From: Candidatus Omnitrophota bacterium | GTDB taxonomy: Bacteria > Omnitrophota > Gorgyraeia > Zapsychrales > Zapsychraceae | Length of the DNA stretch: 64,000 nucleotides | Assembly (NCBI GenBank): GCA_028280285.1 | Contig: JANQMA010000001.1 | Coordinates: 7,184-71,183, forward strand | Reading direction: 5' to 3' | Part shown: positions 10,021-18,406 of the stretch, piece after piece | Numbering within the stretch: the stretch's first letter is position 1 | How the letters are laid out: every line of letters begins with the position of its first letter | Notes under the pieces: model-generated | The model's input: only the letters and a program-made list of their open reading frames with translations | Told to the model about the DNA's origin: nothing | Database searches by the model: none | Program-made: the position numbers and the translations under genes

Positions 10021-11661
10021 TTAAAATTCTTTGTATTTATTCGTAATCGGCAGGCGCCAGTCCCGCCCAAAGGCCCGTGGTGTGATTTTGATGCCTGGAG
10101 GAGCTTGCCTGCGCTTATATTCGCTTAGGTCAACGAGATTGATCGCCTTTATAGCCGCATTTTTACGCCCTTTGCCGGCCATTTTAGCAAAAGATTGATG
10201 CTTCTCCACATAACCGCTTAAAAGCTCATCCAATAGGCCATAATCTGGCAAGGAATCCTGATCCTTTTGATTAGAGCGCAGTTCGGCCGATGGCGCCCTT
10301 TTGATGATGCTCACAGGGATCACGGTTTTCCCCTGGGCATTGCGGTATTCACACAGCGCATATACTTTGGTTTTGGGCACATCCTTAATCACAGCAAACC
10401 CGCCACACATATCTCCATAAAGCGTGCAATAGCCGACCGCCATTTCGCTTTTATTGCCTGTTGTCAAAACCAGCCATCCAAATTTATTAGACAGGGCCAT
10501 AAGAAGATTACCACGTATGCGCGCCTGGATATTTTCTTCGGCTACATTCGCTTTTAATCCCTTGAAGTATGGCTTAAGCGCTCTGTCAAAAGCCCCGACA
10601 AGCGACCTAATGGGGATTTCTTTAAATTCAATCCCTAAATTTTTGGCCAAACGCTTGGCATCTGTCTGTGTACCCTTAGAGGAATACTTTGACGGCATGG
10701 ATACGCCTATCACATTGTCGCGTCCGATCGCATCGACCGCAACGGCGGCAACCAAGGCTGAATCAATCCCACCACTTAAACCAATCACCACTTTTGAAAA
10801 ACCGTTTTTACCAATATAATCCTTGGTCCCTAAAACAAGCGCGTTATAGATAGACGCAATCTGTGTTTGCGGTTTGGCTTTTTTAACAACGGTAATATTC
10901 CGTCCATAGGCTTTGGCCGCTTTAATCGGTCCTTTATGAACATCGTTGATCAGCAATTCTTCTTTAAACCGATCAGCCGAAGATATGATTTTACCGTTCG
11001 GTGCAGCAACCAGACTACCGCCATCAAAAACAAGCTCATCCTGTCCGCCAATAAGATTGGTATAAAAAATATATGCTTTGGTTTGTTTAGACCGCTTAGC
11101 AAGCAGCCTTTCTCTTTGTTTGAGTTTAGTATAGTCATAAGGAGAGCTTGAAAGATTAAATATAATTGCCGCTCCTTTTTTGGCCTGTTCTTTAAACGGC
11201 CCCTTATCGTGCCAAATGTCTTCACAAATATTGACCGCACACTTAACTTTGTTGAGCGTAAACATGCCCGACCCGCTTTTACCTTCACAAAAATAACGCT
11301 GCTCGTCAAAAACACCATAGTTAGGCAACTTTTGTTTATGATACACCTTACCAATCTTGCCATTATCAATCACCGCTGCGGCATTATAGATTCCTTTGCT
11401 ATCCTTATCGACAAATCCGACAATGGCAAAGATTCCTTTACTCTTCGCCGCAATTGTTTTAAGCGCCTTAATATTATCTTTCACAAAATGATCTTTATGC
11501 AAAAGATCTTCCGGTGGATAGCCGGTTAGGACAAGCTCCGGGAAAACAACAATGTCGGCCTTGTTCCCTTTTGCCTTTTCAATATAGGCAATGATCTTCT
11601 TTGTATTGCCTTTAAGATCGCCTACGGTCGGATTAATTTGTGCTTGGGCTACTCTTAGCAT
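10021..11661 (-). CDS. nadE: Glutamine-dependent NAD+ synthetase
   Basis: Nitrilase domain (FPEL, KQKLPNYGVFDE, ICEDIW) plus synthetase domain (GLSGGIDS, NIQARIRG, KRRQAPPG). Confidence 0.96.
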   Translation of the reverse strand: MLRVAQAQINPTVGDLKGNTKKIIAYIEKAKGNKADIVVFPELVLTGYPPEDLLHKDHFVKDNIKALKTIAAKSKGIFAIVGFVDKDSKGIYNAAAVIDNGKIGKVYHKQKLPNYGVFDEQRYFCEGKSGSGMFTLNKVKCAVNICEDIWHDKGPFKEQAKKGAAIIFNLSSSPYDYTKLKQRERLLAKRSKQTKAYIFYTNLIGGQDELVFDGGSLVAAPNGKIISSADRFKEELLINDVHKGPIKAAKAYGRNITVVKKAKPQTQIASIYNALVLGTKDYIGKNGFSKVVIGLSGGIDSALVAAVAVDAIGRDNVIGVSMPSKYSSKGTQTDAKRLAKNLGIEFKEIPIRSLVGAFDRALKPYFKGLKANVAEENIQARIRGNLLMALSNKFGWLVLTTGNKSEMAVGYCTLYGDMCGGFAVIKDVPKTKVYALCEYRNAQGKTVIPVSIIKRAPSAELRSNQKDQDSLPDYGLLDELLSGYVEKHQSFAKMAGKGRKNAAIKAINLVDLSEYKRRQAPPGIKITPRAFGRDWRLPITNKYKEF

Positions 11662-12346
11662 GATTGAATTGTTCTATGATGCCATAAAAATTTTTATACA
11701 TTTTTTCAGCCTGTTCATTATAGCGTGTTTTTATTGTATCATACACTTTTAACATTTCTTTGCAGCGTTCTTCTTGATCCGGGCTATAAGCCTTTGACCA
11801 ATTGTCAATGCTCTCACGTGTTATCTCCACATGAAATTGTAGTCCATAGGCATTTGCACCGACACGAAAAGCTTGATTGGGGCACCCGTCGCCCGTCGCA
11901 ATTAACCGAGCGTCCGGAGAAGGCGCAAACATATCCCCATGCCAATGAAAAACGTCTAAGAGGCCGTCCACATCCTTAAATAAAGGATCATCCAAAAGAC
12001 GCGCTTTGTACCATCCGATTTCTTCTACCGGAGATTTTACCACCTTTCCTCCCGATGCCTTCGCCAATAATTGTGATCCTAAGCAAAGGCCCAAATAAGG
12101 AATTTTTTTCTTTAACACTTCTTTAATAAAGATATCAACTTCCTTTAAATACGGATACTTATCCTCCTCATAAACATTCATTGGCCCGCCAAGGCAAACA
12201 ACGGCATTAATGCCATCCAAACCATCAGGCAAACTTTGTCCTTCATAGAGCTTAATAATATCCGCAGAGCATCCTTTCTCTTGAAGTGACATAGCCAACG
12301 TTTCGGGGCCTTCAATATCGATAAATTGTAAATAAAAGACTTTCAT
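11633..12346 (-). CDS. Class I glutamine amidotransferase (GMP-synthase-like, stand-alone)
   Basis: GGPM, LGLCLGSQLLA (catalytic Cys), WHGD, LQFHVE. Confidence 0.9.
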   Translation of the reverse strand: MKVFYLQFIDIEGPETLAMSLQEKGCSADIIKLYEGQSLPDGLDGINAVVCLGGPMNVYEEDKYPYLKEVDIFIKEVLKKKIPYLGLCLGSQLLAKASGGKVVKSPVEEIGWYKARLLDDPLFKDVDGLLDVFHWHGDMFAPSPDARLIATGDGCPNQAFRVGANAYGLQFHVEITRESIDNWSKAYSPDQEERCKEMLKVYDTIKTRYNEQAEKMYKNFYGIIEQFNHAKSSPSTN

Positions 12347-12374
12347 TTTATTCCGTAACTTCAGCGTTCATTAA

Positions 12375-12412
12375 TAAAAAAACCCCGGCTGCCGTAAGCG
12401 GCCGGGGTTTTT
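12375..12412. terminator. Intrinsic terminator after glnA (bidirectional-looking)
   Basis: AAAAACCCCGGCTGC-CGTAA-GCGGCCGGGGTTTTT. Confidence 0.8.
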
Positions 12413-12425
12413 AATAAGCCGTAAA

Positions 12426-14546
12426 TTACGACATAAACAACATTTCTGCATAAGAAGGCAGTGGCCAGCTTTCCGCCGGAACTATTCCTTCTAGCCCGTC
12501 GACCGCCACACGAAGATCGCCCGCCGCTTTACGCGCTTTACCTGTATCTCCGCCTGCCGCCGCGGCTGCTTTATCAGCAGCTGCAATCGCCGCTTCTGTC
12601 AATGTTGTTATTTCTTTCAGAAGCTTGCGTGTTTGCGTTGATTTCGTTTTATTAAGACCTTCAACCGATTTGATATTGGCTGCTAAAAGGTCTGCATATT
12701 CAATCGCTGCTGGAATAAACAGTGTTCGCGCCATATCAACCGAAAGGCTTGTTTCGTATTCAATGATTGTCTCGTATGTTTCTTGGTAAATATCATAACG
12801 AGACTGAAGCTCAGTGTTGCTAAGAACTTTGTAAGTAGCAAATAAATCCTTAGCCGCTTTTGTGGTCATTTCTTTAAGAGCTTCTGGCGTAGTCTTAAGG
12901 TTTTTTAGACCACGTTTTTTTGCCTCTTTAACCCAAGCTTCCGTATAGTTATCTCCATTGAAGATTACTCGCTTATGTTTTTTAATAATGCTTTGTAGAA
13001 GTTTTTGTACGGATTTGTTAAGGTCTTTTTTAGGTGCTTTTTCAAGCTCAGTACAAATTTCATCAAGCGCCTGAGAAACGATAGTATTAATAACGACGTT
13101 TGGTCCGGATAATGTTTGGTTAGAACCAACCGCACGAAACTCAAACTTTGCTCCAGTAAAAGCAAATGGAGAAGTCCTGTTTCTATCCGACGCATGTGCT
13201 GGTAATGCTGGAAGTTGATCAACACCAACTTCAATTGTTCCACCTGCTTTAGTCGACTTGGCTCCGCCCTTTTCGATTTGCTCGATGATATCATTTAATT
13301 GATCACCCAAATAAACCGAAATAATTGCTGGAGGCGCTTCATGTGAACCCAAACGGTGATCGTTTCCGGCTGAAGCAATCGCCGCTCTTAAAAGACCGGC
13401 ATGCGTATCAACAGCTTTGATAACCGCACAAAGCATAATAAGGAAACGCTCATTTTCGTGTGGATTGTCACCTGGTGATAACCAATTCTTTCCGTCAGGA
13501 CCGGTTACCGACCAGTTATTATGCTTTCCTGAGCCATTGACGCCGGCAAATGGTTTTTCATGCAGCAAGCAAGCTAAACCATGACGCTCAGCGACTTTTT
13601 GCATTGTTTCCATACAAAGCATGTTGTGGTCAACCGCCAGGTTTTGATTTTCAAAAACAGGAGCAACTTCGTATTGCCCTGGAGAAACCTCATTGTGGCG
13701 TGTTGTAACCGGTGAACCAAGCTTCCACATTTCGCGGTCAAGGTCTTCCATAAAACCCATAACGCGGCTTTTAATCGCACCGAAATAATGATCCGCCAAT
13801 TGCTGATGTTTGGCCGGTTCACGACCGAAAAGCGTACGTCCGGTTTGAACTAAGTCTAATCTTTGATAATAAAACTCGCGGTCGATTAAGAAATATTCTT
13901 GCTCACCGCCAAGCGTTGAGTAGGCTTTTTGTTTGCACTTGATGCCGAGAATTTTTGCCAATCGCTCAGCTTGCTCAGACAGTGCCTTCATTGAGCGCAG
14001 CAAAGGTGTTTTCTTATCGAGCGCCTCACCTTTCCATCCAACAAAGTATGTTGGAATACAAAGCGTAGCCCCCTGCGGACCTTCTTTGAGGAAAGCCGGG
14101 CTTGTCGGATCCCATCCGGTATAACCACGTGCCTCGAAAGTAGGTCTTAATCCGCCTGAAGGAAAACTTGACGCATCAGGCTCACCTTGTACCAGCTCTT
14201 CGCCTGAAAACTCAACAATAACACCACCCGAACCGTCCGGCTCGATAAACGAATCATGTTTTTCCGCTGTCATTCCAGTCAATGGTTGAAACCAATGTGT
14301 AAAGTGTGTCGCGCCGCGTGAAACAGCCCATTTTTTCATCGCATCGGCTACTTCATCCGCAATACTAGCGTCCAATTTTCCGCCTGACTGAATGGTATTC
14401 TTTAAAGATTTAAATGCTTTGTCTGAAAGGTACTTTTTCATAGCTTTCAGGCCAAAGACATTTTCTCCATAATAATCCGGGATCGACTGTGTCCCCATAA
14501 TGTCTCCTTTTGTTGCAAAGTCAATGTCTTTTAGTCTTGAACTCAT
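12426..14546 (-). CDS. glnA: Glutamine synthetase type III
   Basis: 706 aa; [63 protein letters not shown]. Confidence 0.96.
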   Translation of the reverse strand: MSSRLKDIDFATKGDIMGTQSIPDYYGENVFGLKAMKKYLSDKAFKSLKNTIQSGGKLDASIADEVADAMKKWAVSRGATHFTHWFQPLTGMTAEKHDSFIEPDGSGGVIVEFSGEELVQGEPDASSFPSGGLRPTFEARGYTGWDPTSPAFLKEGPQGATLCIPTYFVGWKGEALDKKTPLLRSMKALSEQAERLAKILGIKCKQKAYSTLGGEQEYFLIDREFYYQRLDLVQTGRTLFGREPAKHQQLADHYFGAIKSRVMGFMEDLDREMWKLGSPVTTRHNEVSPGQYEVAPVFENQNLAVDHNMLCMETMQKVAERHGLACLLHEKPFAGVNGSGKHNNWSVTGPDGKNWLSPGDNPHENERFLIMLCAVIKAVDTHAGLLRAAIASAGNDHRLGSHEAPPAIISVYLGDQLNDIIEQIEKGGAKSTKAGGTIEVGVDQLPALPAHASDRNRTSPFAFTGAKFEFRAVGSNQTLSGPNVVINTIVSQALDEICTELEKAPKKDLNKSVQKLLQSIIKKHKRVIFNGDNYTEAWVKEAKKRGLKNLKTTPEALKEMTTKAAKDLFATYKVLSNTELQSRYDIYQETYETIIEYETSLSVDMARTLFIPAAIEYADLLAANIKSVEGLNKTKSTQTRKLLKEITTLTEAAIAAADKAAAAAGGDTGKARKAAGDLRVAVDGLEGIVPAESWPLPSYAEMLFMS

Positions 14547-14569
14547 TTTTCCGTCTCCTATTCGGGCCT

Positions 14570-14689
14570 AAAATAAAAAATCCTCTAAGAAAAGCCACAC
14601 TTCCGGCTTCTTTAGAGGACTCCATTGCCCATTAATACATTGTACCTAAATCCTTATGCAATATACTACTCCTTCGAGCTTCGCTGCTC
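14570..14689 (-). promoter_or_regulatory. ANTAR-type attenuator in the glnA leader
   Basis: Hairpins GAGC-AGCGAA-GCUC (14676-14689) and GGGC-AAUGGA-GUCC (14617-14630). The second overlaps the 5' arm of terminator UCCUCUAAAGAAGCC...GGCUUUUCUUAGAGGA-UUUUUUAUUUU. Confidence 0.85.
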
Positions 14690-14707
14690 TTGGAAGAAAG
14701 ATAGCCC

Positions 14708-14736
14708 AGTATACATTTGTCGAAAATCTTTGTCAA
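14708..14736 (-). promoter_or_regulatory. Sigma70 promoter of glnA
   Basis: TTGACA-17-TATACT. Confidence 0.8.
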
Positions 14737-14792
14737 GATTTTTTTGACAGGCAAATCTTGTTTTCTCCCAACTAGATACAACAATTTAATCT

Positions 14793-14828
14793 AACAAACC
14801 GGCCCCCAAAAATCCTTCTGGGGGCCGG
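14793..14828 (-). terminator. Intrinsic terminator after the PII gene
   Basis: CCGGCCCCCAGAAG...TTTTTGGGGGCCGG followed by TTTGTT on the minus strand. Confidence 0.7.
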
Positions 14829-14870
14829 GATTTAACAGACAATTTGGGAAGGGGTATTTGTCTGTCTATA

Positions 14871-15212
14871 TTAACCTATCGCATCTGATCCGGTTTCTTC
14901 GGTTCGGATACGCATGCATTCTTCTAGAGGTAAGACAAAAATCTTACCGTCACCAATACGGCCTGTCTTAGCACCTTTGATGATTGCCTTAATCGTTGTA
15001 TCAACAAACTCATCGTTAACACCAACTTCAAGGCGTACTTTTTTAACCAAGTTGACTTCATGAACAACGCCGCGGTAGTTTTCGGCATAACCGCCCTGCT
15101 GTCCACAACCAACAACGTTTGTCACCGTCATCTTTTTAATACCTGCATCAAATAATGCTTTTTTAGTCGCAGGTAAGTTGTGCGGTTTTATCATCGCTAT
15201 AACTAACTTCAT
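14871..15212 (-). CDS. glnK: PII nitrogen signal-transduction protein (GlnK-type by amt linkage)
   Basis: [17 protein letters not shown]...YRG T-loop, [15 protein letters not shown]. Confidence 0.93.
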   Translation of the reverse strand: MKLVIAMIKPHNLPATKKALFDAGIKKMTVTNVVGCGQQGGYAENYRGVVHEVNLVKKVRLEVGVNDEFVDTTIKAIIKGAKTGRIGDGKIFVLPLEECMRIRTEETGSDAIG

Positions 15213-15224
15213 TTTATTTCCTCC

Positions 15225-15351
15225 TTAAGATATATTTCATTTAGGAAACTTGCACAAGTCCTGGGCTTTATTCGGTTTATTTCAAAGAAAGGAGGGATAT
15301 GTTCCATCTTTGAATAAATACTTGCGCAAGTTTCCCAAATTGATCTCTTAA
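15225..15351 (-). other. Long intergenic hairpin between amtB and the PII gene
   Basis: 21-nt arms 15239-15259 and 15320-15340 match at 19/21; both mismatches are G-U pairs on the mRNA strand; additional inner stem. Confidence 0.7.
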
Positions 15352-15368
15352 TCATAAACTTACCTTTA

Positions 15369-16709
15369 TTATTGAGTTTGAAAGATTTGGAATCCATCGT
15401 AAGCTTCCATAGAATGCTCGCTGATATCCAAACCTTGGTATTCTTCCTTTTCGGATACACGCACACCGATTGTTGCTTTAAGCGCGCCAAAAATAACTAA
15501 CGCAGAGATTGCCGCAACAATACCATAGGCTACAACACCTAGTAACTGCACGCCGAATGAGAAGTCGCCTTCGCCGAAAATACCGACGGCAAGCGTTCCC
15601 CAAATACCGCAAACCAAATGCACAGATGTCGCCCCAACAGGGTCATCGATCTTAAGTGTTGAATCGATAAAAACAACCGATACAACAACCAGTGCACCCG
15701 CAACCAACCCAACGATAACTGCGTTAAAAGGCGAAATAACGTCCGCCCCGGCTGTAATACCTACAAGACCTGCTAGTGATCCGTTAAGCACCATCGAAAG
15801 GTCTGGTTTCTTTTGTACAATTTCTGACATGATCATGGCCCCAACAATACCGGCAGCAGCAGCCAAACATGTTGTTACAAGAACAAATGACGTTAATGCC
15901 GGGTCAGCTGAAAGAACTGAACCACCATTAAACCCAAACCAACCAAGCCATAATAGGAAGACACCGATTGTAGCAAGCGGCATGCTGTGTCCAGGAATTG
16001 CTTTAATTGAATTACCAATATATTTTCCTGTACGCGGTCCAAGAAGTAGGGCACATATCAATGCTCCCCATCCACCAACTGAGTGAACAAGAGTAGAACC
16101 GGCGAAATCATAGAAGCCTTTAGCATCTAACCATCCACCACCCCATTTCCAGCTACCTAACCATGGGTAAATAACCCCAACGAATACAACTGAGAAAATA
16201 AGGAAAGAGTGCAATTTAACACGTTCTGCTACCGCACCAGATACAATAGTAGCCGCTGTTGCCGCGAACATACCTTGAAATAGAAAATCTGTCCAATACG
16301 TATATCCCCCGTCTGCATAAGCAATCAGACCGTCTGCTCCTTCCGGAGAGGCGATGCCGAAGCCTGCAAAACCGAGCCATGTCCCGGCAATCCAAGCGTC
16401 ACCTGGGTACATAAGATTAAAACCGCCGATTGCATACGTCAGCAAACCGATTGAAATAATCATTGTGTTCTTAAAAAGGATATTAACCGTATTTTTTGCA
16501 CGGGTTAGACCTGCCTCTAAACAGGCAAAACCAAGATGCATGATGAAAACAAGAAATGTTGCCACCATCATCCAAATGTTATTAGCCACAAATACCGCAT
16601 CATCACCTGTCGCTTGAGCAGCGGCTAATGAAGGAATACTCAGCATAGCAACAGCCATTAAGGCCAGCCTACCGAACTTTCCTAATTTGTTTGTTATTGT
16701 TTTAAACAT
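15369..16709 (-). CDS. amtB: Ammonium transporter
   Basis: FQGMFAAT, IVSGAVAER, DFAGSTLVH, GWFGFNGGS, DDPVGATSVH (twin His). ATG 16709 lies 8 nt after AGGAGG; the track's TTG start at 16715 is less likely. Confidence 0.96.
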   Translation of the reverse strand: MFKTITNKLGKFGRLALMAVAMLSIPSLAAAQATGDDAVFVANNIWMMVATFLVFIMHLGFACLEAGLTRAKNTVNILFKNTMIISIGLLTYAIGGFNLMYPGDAWIAGTWLGFAGFGIASPEGADGLIAYADGGYTYWTDFLFQGMFAATAATIVSGAVAERVKLHSFLIFSVVFVGVIYPWLGSWKWGGGWLDAKGFYDFAGSTLVHSVGGWGALICALLLGPRTGKYIGNSIKAIPGHSMPLATIGVFLLWLGWFGFNGGSVLSADPALTSFVLVTTCLAAAAGIVGAMIMSEIVQKKPDLSMVLNGSLAGLVGITAGADVISPFNAVIVGLVAGALVVVSVVFIDSTLKIDDPVGATSVHLVCGIWGTLAVGIFGEGDFSFGVQLLGVVAYGIVAAISALVIFGALKATIGVRVSEKEEYQGLDISEHSMEAYDGFQIFQTQ

Positions 16710-16772
16710 TCTCAATTCCTCCTAATTAATGTTAATTTCATCGAACTGCCTTACCTCTTGCTGCTTTACTAC

Positions 16773-16814
16773 TTAATTGCTGAACTTCCGCATACTGCCG
16801 AGTTTTTGCTTCAT
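16773..16814 (-). CDS. Possible 13-aa leader peptide MKQKLGSMRKFSN
   Basis: Strong SD GAGGAGGG-ata-ATG, located between the second attenuator and amtB. Confidence 0.3.
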   Translation of the reverse strand: MKQKLGSMRKFSN

Positions 16815-16846
16815 TATCCCTCCTCATGGTTAATGACTGGTTGCCT

Positions 16847-17022
16847 AAAACACAAGAAGCCCCCGAGAGAGACTCACGTCTCCATCGAGGGCTTCTTTGC
16901 CCATATATTTACCTCCGGTAAATAAAAAATCCTCGAAAAGCCTTATGCTTTGTCGAGGACATCGGTGCCCAAAAAATCAGAATTATGTTGAATTAAGTCG
17001 CCCAGGAAACTTCTATGCTTCC
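16847..17022 (-). promoter_or_regulatory. Tandem ANTAR-type attenuators in the amtB-PII leader
   Basis: Hairpins GGAAGC-AUAGAA-GUUUCC (17005-17022); GGGC-ACCGAU-GUCC (16957-16970) overlapping terminator 1 (16920-16959); GGGC-AAAGAA-GCCC (16889-16902) overlapping terminator 2 (16847-16897). Confidence 0.85.
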
Positions 17023-17036
17023 ACTAACTTGCTTGA

Positions 17037-17065
17037 AGTATACTCACTAAATGCTCAAATGTCAA
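17037..17065 (-). promoter_or_regulatory. Sigma70 promoter of amtB-PII
   Basis: TTGACA-17-TATACT, the same hexamers as the glnA promoter. Confidence 0.8.
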
Positions 17066-17126
17066 GAAATTTTTTTAAGAGCGTAACTCATTTTACAACA
17101 ACGGTTTGCGTGCCTCTACTTGCACT

Positions 17127-17153
17127 CCACTTCAACTGCGGCAGTTGAAGTGG
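17127..17153. repeat. Perfect 13-bp inverted repeat downstream of the ANTAR gene
   Basis: CCACTTCAACTGC-G-GCAGTTGAAGTGG; T-rich tail only on the plus strand. Confidence 0.6.
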
Positions 17154-17160
17154 TTTAGTT

Positions 17161-18384
17161 TTATTTACGAAACTCATCCATAAGCAGGATCGATTCGGCG
17201 ATTTCTTTCATGGTTTTGCAGGAATCCATGGCCTTTTTGTGGATCAATTTATAGGCGGCATCTTCTGTCATTCCATTCATGCTCATAAGTATGCCTTTGG
17301 CCCGGTCGATCACCTTACGGGTTTCAAGGGCATCTTTTGCCTTGAGCGCATCCTCGACCAATTTGGTATTTTCAACGGCTGTTGCCGCCTGATTGGCAAT
17401 GATCTGAAGCACATCTATTTCTTGTGGGCTGAATTTATGCGGCTTTTTTGTATACACGTTGATCACACCAATCGCTGTATCTTTTATGACCATAGGAACG
17501 GCAAGCAGCGAGGTTAAATTTTCTTTAACCGCAAGCTCTTTAAAGGCAAACTTCTCTTCTTCTTGTACATTTTCGATCGCAATAGGCTTTTTTGTCTTAA
17601 GCGCTTGACCGCTGACACTATCGTTTACCTTAATATTAGGCTTCTTTTTATATGTCACACTTAAACTTTGTGTGGCCATAATCGCCAACTCATTTTTCTT
17701 TTTATCATGCATCATAATCGAACATATTTGCGAATTAAGCATCTCGGCCGTCACAACCACAATCAGATTAAGGATTTCATCGAGATAATCTTCGGAAGTA
17801 ACCGATTCGCTGACCTTTATAATGCTGTCAAACTGTAGCGCCTTTGTTTTGGTCTCTTCATACAGTTTGGCTGAACGAATAACGCCGCTGATTTGCTTGG
17901 CAATAAGCGTAATTAAATCAACCGTATTGTCCCCATAGGCATGTGCCTTTTTATGCTGAATATTAACAACCCCGATCGGCTTATGCTTATAAGTAACCGG
18001 AACTGACAGGATCGCTTCGTATTTATCTTCAGGTAAGACCTCGATCGCCTTAAAGCGTTCATCTTTATACGCATTTTTTTCAATCGCCACCGGCTCATTG
18101 TGGCTGACAACCCAACCTCCAATCCCTTCGCCTACCTCTAATATAACATTACCCAGTTCTTGTTTATGCGGTGTTTTGGAAGCCAAAAGCACGAGGTTTT
18201 GTTGATTATCGTCAAATAGATAGATGAAGACAGAATCGGCCTTGGTCATGTCCGTCATAACCTTGACCACATTATCTAATATGCTTTTAAGATCAAGCTC
18301 AGAGTTGGTGATCTCAACGACTTTGCGTAGAATCGCAATTTCTTGATCTTGGTCAATGTTAAGTTTCTTAGTTGAAGTTTTCAT
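17161..18384 (-). CDS. GAF-GAF-ANTAR RNA-binding antiterminator (no receiver domain)
   Basis: Two GAF repeats (GEGIGGWVV...ILSVPV...IGVVNI; SVSGQAL...LLAVPM...IGVINV) and a C-terminal ANTAR (LETRKVIDRAKGILM...EDAAYKLIHKKAMD...MKEIAESIL). Confidence 0.92.
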   Translation of the reverse strand: MKTSTKKLNIDQDQEIAILRKVVEITNSELDLKSILDNVVKVMTDMTKADSVFIYLFDDNQQNLVLLASKTPHKQELGNVILEVGEGIGGWVVSHNEPVAIEKNAYKDERFKAIEVLPEDKYEAILSVPVTYKHKPIGVVNIQHKKAHAYGDNTVDLITLIAKQISGVIRSAKLYEETKTKALQFDSIIKVSESVTSEDYLDEILNLIVVVTAEMLNSQICSIMMHDKKKNELAIMATQSLSVTYKKKPNIKVNDSVSGQALKTKKPIAIENVQEEEKFAFKELAVKENLTSLLAVPMVIKDTAIGVINVYTKKPHKFSPQEIDVLQIIANQAATAVENTKLVEDALKAKDALETRKVIDRAKGILMSMNGMTEDAAYKLIHKKAMDSCKTMKEIAESILLMDEFRK

Positions 18385-18391
18385 TTTTCAG

Positions 18392-18399
18392 AGTATACT
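18392..18399. promoter_or_regulatory. Palindromic bidirectional -10 element AGTATACT
   Basis: TATACT on both strands, each exactly 7 nt upstream of an ATG (18384 minus, 18407 plus). Confidence 0.65.
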
Positions 18400-18406
18400 A
18401 CAAACC

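Noticed and set aside
15209-15490. 93-aa ORF bridging amtB and the PII gene, and the antisense SD-ATG mini-ORF (MFHL) inside the hairpin
   Set aside because: Overlaps amtB out of frame or is only four codons; the spacer is better explained as RNA structure
16897-17148. 83-aa plus-strand ORF over the amtB leader
   Set aside because: TTG start, no SD, no recognisable motif; the region is explained by the promoter and attenuators
17127-17153. Hairpin as a canonical terminator of the ANTAR gene
   Set aside because: No U-tract on the minus strand; kept only as an inverted repeat
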